Below, piece after piece: positions 10,242-19,289 of a DNA stretch of 64,000 bases. The stretch is from IMG/VR virus record IMGVR_UViG_3300031951_000017, positions 32,001 through 96,000 of that record; one strand, written 5' to 3'. The notes beneath the pieces are model-generated. The model saw only the letters and a program-made list of their open reading frames with translations. It was not told where the DNA came from and ran no database searches. This DNA comes from a virus. Made by a program: the position numbers and the translations under genes. Position 1 is the first letter of the stretch. Each line of letters opens with the position of its first letter.

Positions 10242-10730
10242 TTAGTATACTAAGATACAACGGTCGGGTCTAAGTGTTGCAGTAATTGAAGCAAGTGCGT
10301 CTGAGTTGTATGCCAAGTTATCAAAGTTTACGTTTGATAGGAATGTACCTTGGAGAATCCATTTTTCAACCACAACTCCTGTCGGGTCTAACAATTCTAA
10401 ATCAACGTCTTTTTTATAACCTGCAGCATAACCCATACGACCTGTAACAGATTCTGCATGTAAACGTACCCACTCCATAAGTGCTTGGGCTGCAGACGGT
10501 CCAATTGGGTCACGGAATTTAACATTAATAGTACCCCACGTAAATCTTCCTGCTACGTAAGTAGATGTGTTTAGAAATTGGATTTCAACAGGATTAATGG
10601 TAATTGCAGGTCTCGATGTCGATTCCACAAACCATTCGTTAATTCCTAATGAAGAAGGAAATCTCAATATAAATCTATTTTGTCTTTTGGGTTCGTAAGG
10701 AACCGGCATTTTCATCAGTAAATCTGCCAT
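10242..10730 (-). CDS. Tail tube protein (T4 gp19-like)
   Basis: YEPKRQNRF...YVAGRFTW..I...DPI...EW...YKKD..L..LDPTG.VVEKW. Confidence 0.9.
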   Translation of the reverse strand: MADLLMKMPVPYEPKRQNRFILRFPSSLGINEWFVESTSRPAITINPVEIQFLNTSTYVAGRFTWGTINVKFRDPIGPSAAQALMEWVRLHAESVTGRMGYAAGYKKDVDLELLDPTGVVVEKWILQGTFLSNVNFDNLAYNSDALASITATLRPDRCILVY

Positions 10731-10848
10731 TGTTTTAAGTTTTTAATTCGTTTTATTATCTATAAATAGTGTTGTTTATTTTTTTTTCTATTTACTTTCA
10801 TTTATTTTAGAAATATTCTTATAATAGAATTAGTACTAGTATAATATA

Positions 10849-11706
10849 TTAATTATCTTTTTTAACTTTTACTTTCTTACCAGTTTTAGTTGAATATATA
10901 TTTAAACTTTCTTCATCACCAAAGTGTTTCTTAATAGTTTCTATATTCTTTGGGTCATCGTCAGAAAATCCAATTTCAACTGATGGTAAAAAATAATTTT
11001 TAACTTTTTTCTTTAAAAAGGCTTTTTTCCCCAACTCCTCGGATAAATCTTTTACATAACGAATAAATTCGTTTAGAGCAGTTACTTTTAATTCTTCTGG
11101 AGAAGCTGCAGAACCTTGTCCATAAGTTACCGGGTAAAATTTACATAGGTCTAAGTATTCTTTGATGACTTCCATGTCTGTAAGGTCTTCAAAATCGGCT
11201 AAATCCCTATATTTTCTTAAATTTTTCAAACACTCGTTAAAATCTATCCCTCCCTTACTAGAGATTATTAAATTAAAACAAGATTCTTTGAGTGTATTTG
11301 GGTTGTGACCTCTAGCGGTAATGATTGCAAAAATGGAACCATTATTTATACACTCCACAAAATCATTCCATGAAGGTCCAGTTTCGGCCATAAGTGAATC
11401 GATTAAAAATTTATCGTCACCCTCAATTCCAAATTCTCTAAATGGGTCTTTTGCAAATCCAACGATTACATGACCCTCATACTTAAATTCTTCTTCCCCA
11501 ATTTTACTTCTATATTTAGCAAAATCGTGAGTAGACATTCCAACCTCTTCATTATCAGAATTAATTAGAATGATTTTTGTAGGCATATACATAAGATTGT
11601 CATCCCAATCAAATGCGTAGTATTTCATGTCAGGAGTACCTCCCTCCGAAATCTTTTCTGTAAGAAATCGGAGGGGTTGGGTACTGATTTTATTTTTTAT
11701 TTTCAT
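10849..11706 (-). CDS. HAD-superfamily phosphatase-like protein
   Basis: Motif I FDWDDNL, motif II ITARG, K (ELK), motif IV FSDDD. Confidence 0.7.
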   Translation of the reverse strand: MKIKNKISTQPLRFLTEKISEGGTPDMKYYAFDWDDNLMYMPTKIILINSDNEEVGMSTHDFAKYRSKIGEEEFKYEGHVIVGFAKDPFREFGIEGDDKFLIDSLMAETGPSWNDFVECINNGSIFAIITARGHNPNTLKESCFNLIISSKGGIDFNECLKNLRKYRDLADFEDLTDMEVIKEYLDLCKFYPVTYGQGSAASPEELKVTALNEFIRYVKDLSEELGKKAFLKKKVKNYFLPSVEIGFSDDDPKNIETIKKHFGDEESLNIYSTKTGKKVKVKKDN

Positions 11707-11708
11707 AA

Positions 11709-14700
11709 TTAGATATTATCAAATGATGCTCCTGTTGGTGTAATCAAGAATTCGATGTCGATGAATTCTAAAGATTTGGTTGGTTTTACATAGATTTTAC
11801 CAACTAACTGATTTCTGTCTAGGTCTTCAGCTGATGAAGAAACCGTTACACGGAAATCATACAAACCTCTATCTCTTCTAATCGAATCCAAGATTGGGTT
11901 GACTGCGTCTAAGAAATCTTGTCTAACCTTTTGGTCATTTTGTTCAAACAACAATCTTACTGAAACTGCAGAAATCAACTTACGTGCCTGTAATAACAAT
12001 CTTCTTACATTCAATCTGTCTAATGCAGACTCTCTGATTTGTAAGGTCTTGTTACCCCAAATTACTGTTCCAACATCCGAGAATGTTGCGATAGGATTAA
12101 TTCTACCTTTGTACAATGTATCTCTATCTTCTTGAGTTAATTTCTTACGTGCTTTGATTGCATTTACAAGACCACGTGTGTAACCCGCAGATGCAAACCA
12201 AGGGAATGAGATGTTATCAGTTAACGCTAAGTTTCTACAAACTTCCGCTGTTGGTGGGATGTAGATTTGAGTGTTGTTAACAGTATCACGAGTCAATACC
12301 CAAGGATAGTAAGTAGCGGTGTAGTTAGAATCGATACCTGCCTCTTCCAAACTATCTACAACATCTTGTGGGTAAAATAATTCGTCAATAGTGTAAGTAG
12401 GTGTAAACAAGTTACTATCTGGTGTTGTTAAGATGTAGATAGAATCCGCTCTATCAAACTCAACCATATCGATAGCTTCCTCAACAAGATTACTATTATT
12501 CACAAAATCAATACCTGGAGTTGCAAACACGTTAATATTTGTTGCTTCAGGGTTTTCAAAAGTTCTAATACCCATTAAGTATGCGTAGTAGTCAGTATTT
12601 GCCCAATCTTGAGTTCCGTCACCGACACTGATTAATTTGAATGAACCATTACCAGTTGCTGTTGGGAATCTTAGACTTGGACAAGCTCCCCATAGGAAAC
12701 CTCTTTGGCCAACTCTAAATATGTCTCCATTGGTACGATATTCTCTGTAGATGTCCCATCCGTCAAAACCACCTTGTACTAAGAAAGTAAACTTACGAGA
12801 GAATAATCTGTAGTAAGGACTACTTGGATTGGTTGGTTCTGAATTAAAGGATGCTGCTCCGACTTCAAATGCCGATTGACCAGATAATGTATAACCTGAA
12901 GGTATTGTTACAACAGTTGCCCCACTATCCATATGGAAACCTTTAGAAATGTAAGCCCATTCGTCACCACTAGTGTCGAAACAAGGGTCGATTGGTCCAC
13001 GTTTTCCTTTATACATATAGTAATCTAAATCATAACCTACTGTGTCAGAAACACCTAGATATGTTCTTCTTACGTTGTCACCACCTGCTGGTACGGCATC
13101 ATCACCACCTGCTGTTGTTCCAAAAGGAGGATTATAAATGATTTCACCAGGAGTAAAGTACTTTGTTTTAAATACTGGAGATGGAGTTACCGCACCTTCG
13201 TATAATCTGTTTTTAAATCCTTCAAAACCACAAGGTACCGCATCAATAGGTGCGTCAATATTGTAGTCAATCATGATAAATTTAGAATTTAACACAAACT
13301 CACCATCAGAAGAACCTACTTTTTTAGCAATGTAGTTATTCTGTCCTGGGTCCATACCACAATTAGTGAATTTCTCTAAAACAACTGGTGCGTCGTCAGT
13401 ATCATAGAAATCTCTAACAACTAAATCAAATGATTGATTTGAGAAAGACACGTTCAAAATTGAAACTTTGATTTGGTAGTTAGCCGAATTACCATCAGCA
13501 ATTGATATAACTCTGAAAAGTTTGTATACATCATTACCACGTAATTCTGAAACAACCCAAGGTGAAGTTGAGGATTGGTATTTTTCTAAGTACCAACCAA
13601 TTGAATTCAATTCAGTATATCCTTGTCTGTAACCAGGTAATGCGACTAGTTCAGAACTAATACCACGAATATAACCTTTATTATATGCGTCATTAAGTAA
13701 GAAACTATATTTCTCTTCAACCATTAATGGGGTTGCTAATCTAGGTTTAGTAAAGTTACCATAACCTAATACCTTCTCAATTGCTGTAGAATCTGTCGAA
13801 GACATTGAAACTTTGAAGTTAAAGTTCGCCCCGTCGATTGTAGAACCAGTAATTGCAAAAGGTGAGAAAGGATTTAAAGTTGCCGCAGAATATGAACCAC
13901 TAAAATCCAAACCAACATCAGATGTACCACTTACTTGGTAAGTAGGTCCGTTGTTAGTTGAGGTGTAGAAACTAAAACCTCTTGACCTTAAAGTTGCAAT
14001 CACCATATTATGATATTCTTCATAAGTTTGACCAGTCATCGGGAACAAATATCCGACAACATTTCCAGAATAACAAATATTTGGAATATTTGGTGTTGAA
14101 GTTGGTGTTGCGGTAGGTGTTGGTGTGACATCACAAGGGTTAAAAGTAGATGTTACAGTAACAGTTGGTTCTGGTGTTGTAGTTGTAGTTACAGGAAGTT
14201 CTTCTAAATTTTCAATGATGAAAAGATATGAAAAACCTGAATATCCATTATTTGTTGTTGGATTCCACAAAGCATAATACCAAGTATCATTATAAGGTGA
14301 GGTAAAACTACAATTGTATGAAGAGTTACCACTTGTTCCAAGATAGTTAGTAATGTTTGTGAAACCAATACCTGTATATGCGTCAAACACATCACCAGGT
14401 ATAATACCCCAAACACCTAGTGAATCACCACTTAATGTTGTATCTGCCAAAATTCCTTGTACAAAACCTTTCATATCGTCGAATAAACTAGAAGTTCCAC
14501 CATCAAACTGAGTGTAAACATTGTTTATTCTTGTTTGGATTTCACTAGGGAAATCCTCTAAAAATGCAAATTGTGTTAAATCAGCTGAACAACCAGAGAA
14601 ACCAACATTGATTTCTGTAGTTCCTGTTATAATACAATTTGTCTCACAAATTGCTGGGTCAACACTAAAATTAGGAGATGTTGTACAACTATAAGGATAA

Positions 14701-15065
14701 CCTACAGTTGTTGAGTCAACATTTGCAATTGTTTTAATTGACCAAGATGGTCCAGCATCATAACCAGACAAACCTAATACTCTTGTAACAAAAAGTTGAT
14801 TTGATTGTTGTAGGTATGCCTTAGCAATGTAAGACATCTCATACTTTGGGATTTGTGTGTTTACGAATTTTTCGGGTGTTGTTCCTCCAAAATAAGTTTG
14901 GAATTCATCATAGTTTGTAATAAAAATTGGTTCAAAAGCAGGTCCCTTAACTGCCTCACCAACTAGACCTAATGTTGTTACACCAACACTAGACGTTACA
15001 AAACTTAAATCTCGTTCAGATGTGTATACACCTGGAGAAACGAATACTTTGTTTGCTGTTGCCAT
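11709..15065 (-). CDS. Tail sheath protein with a large insertion
   Basis: VSPGVYTSERDLS N-terminus; WFASAGYTRG, RINPI, WGNKTL, LNVRRLL, IYVKPTKSLEFI C-terminal sheath motifs. Confidence 0.95.
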   Translation of the reverse strand: MATANKVFVSPGVYTSERDLSFVTSSVGVTTLGLVGEAVKGPAFEPIFITNYDEFQTYFGGTTPEKFVNTQIPKYEMSYIAKAYLQQSNQLFVTRVLGLSGYDAGPSWSIKTIANVDSTTVGYPYSCTTSPNFSVDPAICETNCIITGTTEINVGFSGCSADLTQFAFLEDFPSEIQTRINNVYTQFDGGTSSLFDDMKGFVQGILADTTLSGDSLGVWGIIPGDVFDAYTGIGFTNITNYLGTSGNSSYNCSFTSPYNDTWYYALWNPTTNNGYSGFSYLFIIENLEELPVTTTTTPEPTVTVTSTFNPCDVTPTPTATPTSTPNIPNICYSGNVVGYLFPMTGQTYEEYHNMVIATLRSRGFSFYTSTNNGPTYQVSGTSDVGLDFSGSYSAATLNPFSPFAITGSTIDGANFNFKVSMSSTDSTAIEKVLGYGNFTKPRLATPLMVEEKYSFLLNDAYNKGYIRGISSELVALPGYRQGYTELNSIGWYLEKYQSSTSPWVVSELRGNDVYKLFRVISIADGNSANYQIKVSILNVSFSNQSFDLVVRDFYDTDDAPVVLEKFTNCGMDPGQNNYIAKKVGSSDGEFVLNSKFIMIDYNIDAPIDAVPCGFEGFKNRLYEGAVTPSPVFKTKYFTPGEIIYNPPFGTTAGGDDAVPAGGDNVRRTYLGVSDTVGYDLDYYMYKGKRGPIDPCFDTSGDEWAYISKGFHMDSGATVVTIPSGYTLSGQSAFEVGAASFNSEPTNPSSPYYRLFSRKFTFLVQGGFDGWDIYREYRTNGDIFRVGQRGFLWGACPSLRFPTATGNGSFKLISVGDGTQDWANTDYYAYLMGIRTFENPEATNINVFATPGIDFVNNSNLVEEAIDMVEFDRADSIYILTTPDSNLFTPTYTIDELFYPQDVVDSLEEAGIDSNYTATYYPWVLTRDTVNNTQIYIPPTAEVCRNLALTDNISFPWFASAGYTRGLVNAIKARKKLTQEDRDTLYKGRINPIATFSDVGTVIWGNKTLQIRESALDRLNVRRLLLQARKLISAVSVRLLFEQNDQKVRQDFLDAVNPILDSIRRDRGLYDFRVTVSSSAEDLDRNQLVGKIYVKPTKSLEFIDIEFLITPTGASFDNI

Positions 15066-15159
15066 TATTTAATTTCTTTCTTAATTTTATTTCTCTATAA
15101 ATATTACCTTTTTTTTCAAAAAACTTTACTTTTTGGATGGTATTTATAAATTGGAAGAA

Positions 15160-15181
15160 TTTTTTCTACCTTTTTTCTACC
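15160..15181 (+). repeat. Perfect 11-bp tandem repeat TTTTTTCTACC x2, candidate operator
   Basis: 15160-15170 and 15171-15181, ending 1 nt before the ATG at 15183. Confidence 0.6.
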
Positions 15182-15182
15182 T

Positions 15183-15338
15183 ATGGAAAAGAAAATAAAA
15201 AACATAAAAATATCAGTTGAGTCACATTCATTACTAAAAAAGTATTGTGAAAAAAAAGGGTATAAAGTTTATAGGTTCTTAGAAGAACTAATACGGAAAG
15301 AATGTGAAGAAGAGAAAGATTTGTATGGTGAGAATTAA
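15183..15338 (+). CDS. 51-aa ribbon-helix-helix DNA-binding protein; not in ORF track
   Basis: MEKKIKNIKISVESHSLLKKYCEKKGYKVYRFLEELIRKECEEEKDLYGEN*; alternating beta-strand, helix, G turn, helix. Confidence 0.7.
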   Translation: MEKKIKNIKISVESHSLLKKYCEKKGYKVYRFLEELIRKECEEEKDLYGEN

Positions 15339-16375
15339 ATTAAGGTGTTTTGGAATTTAATAGTTGAAGTCAGAGTATCGTCTGTTCTGACAACATCAAA
15401 CCTAACACTATCACCCGAATTAATCTGTATAAAATTTACATTTGACCCGTAATATAGGTTGTTTATATAAACTTCATAACTTTCAATATTATCACTAGTC
15501 AATAATTTTAAATCCACACGTTCTGGAAATAAATCACCCAAAGAATTAACACCTAAAGGAAAATTAATATTTTCATAAAATCTATTAGGATTATAGGGCG
15601 GAGTTCTTTTTCCTCTTGTCTTACGGTCAGTTTGAAATTCAAATAATTGTAAAACTCTTGAAATACCAGGTTTAACTTTAAATTCATCCTCGTCAATCAA
15701 AAAACCTAACATAGTAAAATCATAAGATACTATGTAATACTTTCTTTTTTCAATTTCCATTACAGATTCGTCAGAAACATTATCCCATACTATTGGAATA
15801 TAATGTCCTTTCACTTTGGTATAGGCTTGTCTTGATGAAAAGTTCTCAAGAACCACTTTGTTTAATTGATTTACTTCACGGACTCGATTACATATAAATT
15901 TTAAAGTATATTTTATATCAATAGGAATTGGTTGTGGTATTTGATAAACATCAACACCACTTCTTTGTCCATCAAAAGTTGGGACGTAGGCGTAAAAAAA
16001 TTCTTTTCTTACTGGTATCGTATATTGTAATGATGGATTTGTACCATATTTCATATCATTTGACCTGATGACCGTAACAAAAGGAGGTGAAGCATTTTTA
16101 TCTAAGTCTTGGAATTTCCAAGTCTGTGTAAATTGAGCCCAATTTTGAGTGGTAACGATAATATCGACTACAGGTACAGATTTTCCATCAACACTAAAAC
16201 CTAACTTATTTTTAACAAAATCTAAAAACCCTCTATCTAAATCAGCATGTAACACAGACTTTGGTAGAAATGTACCATCTTGTTGGATTTCTTCCAACAT
16301 TTCTTGTCGTCTAGCTAACCCTACTTTATTTGGGATTAAATCAATATTTTTTTTAATTTGTTTAGAAAATCCCAT
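15335..16375 (-). CDS. Tail terminator / sheath stabiliser (T4 gp15-like)
   Basis: IPQPIPIDIKYTL..ICN...NQL pattern; lies between neck and sheath genes. Confidence 0.55.
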   Translation of the reverse strand: MGFSKQIKKNIDLIPNKVGLARRQEMLEEIQQDGTFLPKSVLHADLDRGFLDFVKNKLGFSVDGKSVPVVDIIVTTQNWAQFTQTWKFQDLDKNASPPFVTVIRSNDMKYGTNPSLQYTIPVRKEFFYAYVPTFDGQRSGVDVYQIPQPIPIDIKYTLKFICNRVREVNQLNKVVLENFSSRQAYTKVKGHYIPIVWDNVSDESVMEIEKRKYYIVSYDFTMLGFLIDEDEFKVKPGISRVLQLFEFQTDRKTRGKRTPPYNPNRFYENINFPLGVNSLGDLFPERVDLKLLTSDNIESYEVYINNLYYGSNVNFIQINSGDSVRFDVVRTDDTLTSTIKFQNTLI

Positions 16376-16376
16376 G

Positions 16377-16925
16377 TTATTTAGAAATGATTTCGTTTAT
16401 GACAAATAATTTGTTTTTCAAATTAATCATATCAACTTCTTTAGCGTTGAATACTGGTGTTTCTGTATCTTTGTAAACAAATGAATCATGTTTATACGGG
16501 TTATAGGTTACAACTCTCGTTGATGATTCCTCAGGTAAATTTTCACATGGGTATTCACAATAATCGATTAAATCTCCGATTACAAAAGCATGTACATTTT
16601 TTTGTTTGTCGACTCTAACTTTTTCTCTACCACCTTTTCTTACTCTAAACTCAACATCACCTAATTTAACATAATCAGCGTGAAGAACTACTTTAGTTTT
16701 ATATACTACAGAAAAAGTATGTAAATGAAGGTTATAATATACTTTTACTTTCTTACCTATAAAGTTTTCATCTGAATTATTATGACCACATTTATGACAA
16801 ATGTATGGGTCATTACCCCCCTCACTTAATTTCCAAGACCAACCACACTCTTCACACGTAACTTTATTAGTGTTAAGTTTTTCAGTTAATATACGTAATT
16901 GTTCTTCTGTTAATAAAATGTTCAT
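16377..16925 (-). CDS. Hypothetical phage protein with zinc ribbon
   Basis: ILLTEEQL leader, CEECGW..CHKCG, then a VKVYYNLH...KNVHAFV domain. Confidence 0.6.
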   Translation of the reverse strand: MNILLTEEQLRILTEKLNTNKVTCEECGWSWKLSEGGNDPYICHKCGHNNSDENFIGKKVKVYYNLHLHTFSVVYKTKVVLHADYVKLGDVEFRVRKGGREKVRVDKQKNVHAFVIGDLIDYCEYPCENLPEESSTRVVTYNPYKHDSFVYKDTETPVFNAKEVDMINLKNKLFVINEIISK

Positions 16926-17434
16926 AACCCTCTAAATTCATTATTTGTTACAGGTGCACATATTATTGTTCGATAATATGGTTTATATCCACCATAATTA
17001 TGTTTGTTATCGGATGTGACCCTACCATCATTGGATACTGTATAATATCTAACTCTATTTTCAGTTTCATAATAACCAATATAATCACCATACTCAATTT
17101 CGGTACCCATCAGTTCTAAATCCTTAATATAAACACTAAGTTGCATAGTACCAGGTTCGAGTTGTTCAATTTTTGAGTTACCCAAATATTTGTTTTCAGT
17201 CCCCAAAATTTTAACATAAGCTTTAAATTCAATTGGAGGGTGAAATTTAATTCCGTCTTCAACGGTTTCCCCATAAACATCATCTGTGTTAGTTCTATAT
17301 CTATCTACTTTATATAGAACACAGGTAAAATTCATATCACCATGAAGCCATTCTTGACCCATCTCTAATTCTAGGTTAAAGTCAGAATCACCAAAAAATT
17401 TACCTAATCTTGTTATTGGAACTTTGTTTGTCAT
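16922..17434 (-). CDS. Neck / head-closure protein (T4 gp14-like)
   Basis: DDVYGE..., IEYGDYIGY; position upstream of tail terminator and sheath. Confidence 0.55.
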   Translation of the reverse strand: MTNKVPITRLGKFFGDSDFNLELEMGQEWLHGDMNFTCVLYKVDRYRTNTDDVYGETVEDGIKFHPPIEFKAYVKILGTENKYLGNSKIEQLEPGTMQLSVYIKDLELMGTEIEYGDYIGYYETENRVRYYTVSNDGRVTSDNKHNYGGYKPYYRTIICAPVTNNEFRGL

Positions 17435-17445
17435 AATCTATATAC

Positions 17446-17476
17446 TTGATAAATATCTACTTTAAAGTTATCTTTA
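17446..17476 (+). promoter_or_regulatory. Host-RNAP-type promoter for the helicase
   Basis: TTGATA(17446)-N17-TATCTT(TA). Confidence 0.5.
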
Positions 17477-17483
17477 TACTTGA

Positions 17484-19256
17484 AAATATAATATTATAGA
17501 ATCTCCGATTAAAATATCTGAAATTGAAGCTTTAGAAATTCTCCAAAATTACTCTGGGGCTAATAACTACATTTTAAAATTAAAACAACAACAATCGGTC
17601 AATAAAAAATTTTACCCTACTAGGGCTCAAACCGATTATATTATTAATTATCACACTAAAGAACCAAAAGTCGCTAAAAGGTGGGTTGAAATTGATAACT
17701 ATTTTGCAAAAAAATTAGTTGAAGATAACCCTTTCATATCTGAACCTGAGAAAATTTATGTTGAAAAACTTTTGGTTGAGAAAGATAAATCATTCCACAT
17801 TTGGGGAAAAATTCATAGTGGGGATACGCTCCATGATTTTTGGGTTCCTAAAGCGGCAATAATTAAAGAACCAAAAAAAAATATTGTAAATGTAGATTAT
17901 TCCAAATATGATAATCGACCCCCACTTAGTCATCAAAAAGAAGCTATAGAAAAATTTTTAGCATACGATAAATTCATATTAGCCGATGATATGGGTCTCG
18001 GTAAGACAACCTCAACAATAATTGCGGCTTTGGAGAGTGGTGCTAATAAAATATTGATAGTTTGTCCCGCGTCTTTAAAATTGAATTGGGAAAGAGAAAT
18101 AAGGAATTACTCAGATAGACCTGTTTATATATGTGAAGGAAAAAAATATGAGGATGCGGATTTTGTGATTACAAACTATGATATTCTTAAAAATTTTCAT
18201 AGTGAAAGAGAAAAAGAAAATTCATTAATATTAAAATCAAAGTTTGATTTGGTAATTATTGATGAGGCTCACTACATTAGTAATACACAAGCTCAAAGGA
18301 CTAAATTAATTAATGATATTGTCTCAAACATAAGCAAAATATGGTTACTTACAGGTACTCCAATCACGTCTAGACCAATTAATTACTTCAATCTTTTACG
18401 TATGGTTGAAAATCCTGTTGCACAAAATTGGATGGCTTACGTTATCCGGTATTGTGAGGGATTCCAATTTAAGACAGGTAACCGAAAAGTTTGGAATGTA
18501 AACGGGGCGTCAAATTTAGAAGAATTACGTAATCGTATTTCTAAACAAGTTTTAAGACGATTAAAAACAGATGTTTTAGACCTTCCTGAAAAAATAATTT
18601 CACCTGTATATCTAAGATTACACTCTAGACAATATGAAGAATTTATGGGTGAATACTATGATTGGTATACTAATCGTGAGAATGAAAATAAATCAGTTGC
18701 TTTACAATTTTCTAAATTAACTAAGGTTAGACAAATAATTGCTGAAGAAAAAATTACTCATACCATTGAGGTTGCTGAAAATATTATTGAACAGGGTAAA
18801 AAAGTTATAATCTTTAGTAATTTTACAGAGCCGTTAAAGAAAATTTATGAACATTTTGGAAAAAAAGCGGTCTATCTAGATGGAACAACGACAAAACCAG
18901 CTAGACAAAAGGCCGTCGATGACTTCCAAGAGAATGACAAAGTGATGGTATTTTGTGGTAATATTAAAGCCGCAGGTGTTGGTTTAACATTAACTGCAGC
19001 TGAGGCTGTAATTATGAATGATTTATCATTCGTACCATCTGACCACTCACAAGCGGAAGATAGAGCTTATAGATATGGTCAGAAAAATTGTGTTTCAGTT
19101 TATTATCCAATCTTTGAAAACACAATTGAAGGTATTATTTATGATATTCTAAATCGTAAAAAAAATATCTTTGAAACTGTTATGGGTGACAATATTGATA
19201 AGACGGATATGGTGTTTGAAATTATGAATCAAATAAATTCTAATGAAAAAAGTTAA
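17484..19256 (+). CDS. SNF2/SWI2-family (HARP-like) helicase; true start probably about 90 codons upstream of the track's 17772
   Basis: LADDMGLGKT, DEAH, LTGTP, QAEDRAYRYGQ motifs; frame open from 17484. Confidence 0.9.
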   Translation, partial: KYNIIESPIKISEIEALEILQNYSGANNYILKLKQQQSVNKKFYPTRAQTDYIINYHTKEPKVAKRWVEIDNYFAKKLVEDNPFISEPEKIYVEKLLVEKDKSFHIWGKIHSGDTLHDFWVPKAAIIKEPKKNIVNVDYSKYDNRPPLSHQKEAIEKFLAYDKFILADDMGLGKTTSTIIAALESGANKILIVCPASLKLNWEREIRNYSDRPVYICEGKKYEDADFVITNYDILKNFHSEREKENSLILKSKFDLVIIDEAHYISNTQAQRTKLINDIVSNISKIWLLTGTPITSRPINYFNLLRMVENPVAQNWMAYVIRYCEGFQFKTGNRKVWNVNGASNLEELRNRISKQVLRRLKTDVLDLPEKIISPVYLRLHSRQYEEFMGEYYDWYTNRENENKSVALQFSKLTKVRQIIAEEKITHTIEVAENIIEQGKKVIIFSNFTEPLKKIYEHFGKKAVYLDGTTTKPARQKAVDDFQENDKVMVFCGNIKAAGVGLTLTAAEAVIMNDLSFVPSDHSQAEDRAYRYGQKNCVSVYYPIFENTIEGIIYDILNRKKNIFETVMGDNIDKTDMVFEIMNQINSNEKS

Positions 19257-19289
19257 AGTTTAGATTATTTATCGTATATTTGTGCCTTT

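Noticed and set aside
10770-10848. AT-rich intergenic stretch with short palindromes (TAGTACTA, ACTAGT) as a possible origin or ncRNA
   Set aside because: Too short and low in complexity to distinguish from chance.
1-17434. Bacterial contractile injection system or tailocin instead of a phage
   Set aside because: Neck proteins, a DNA polymerase, helicase, dUTPase and a phage sigma are linked, and no bacterial housekeeping context is present.
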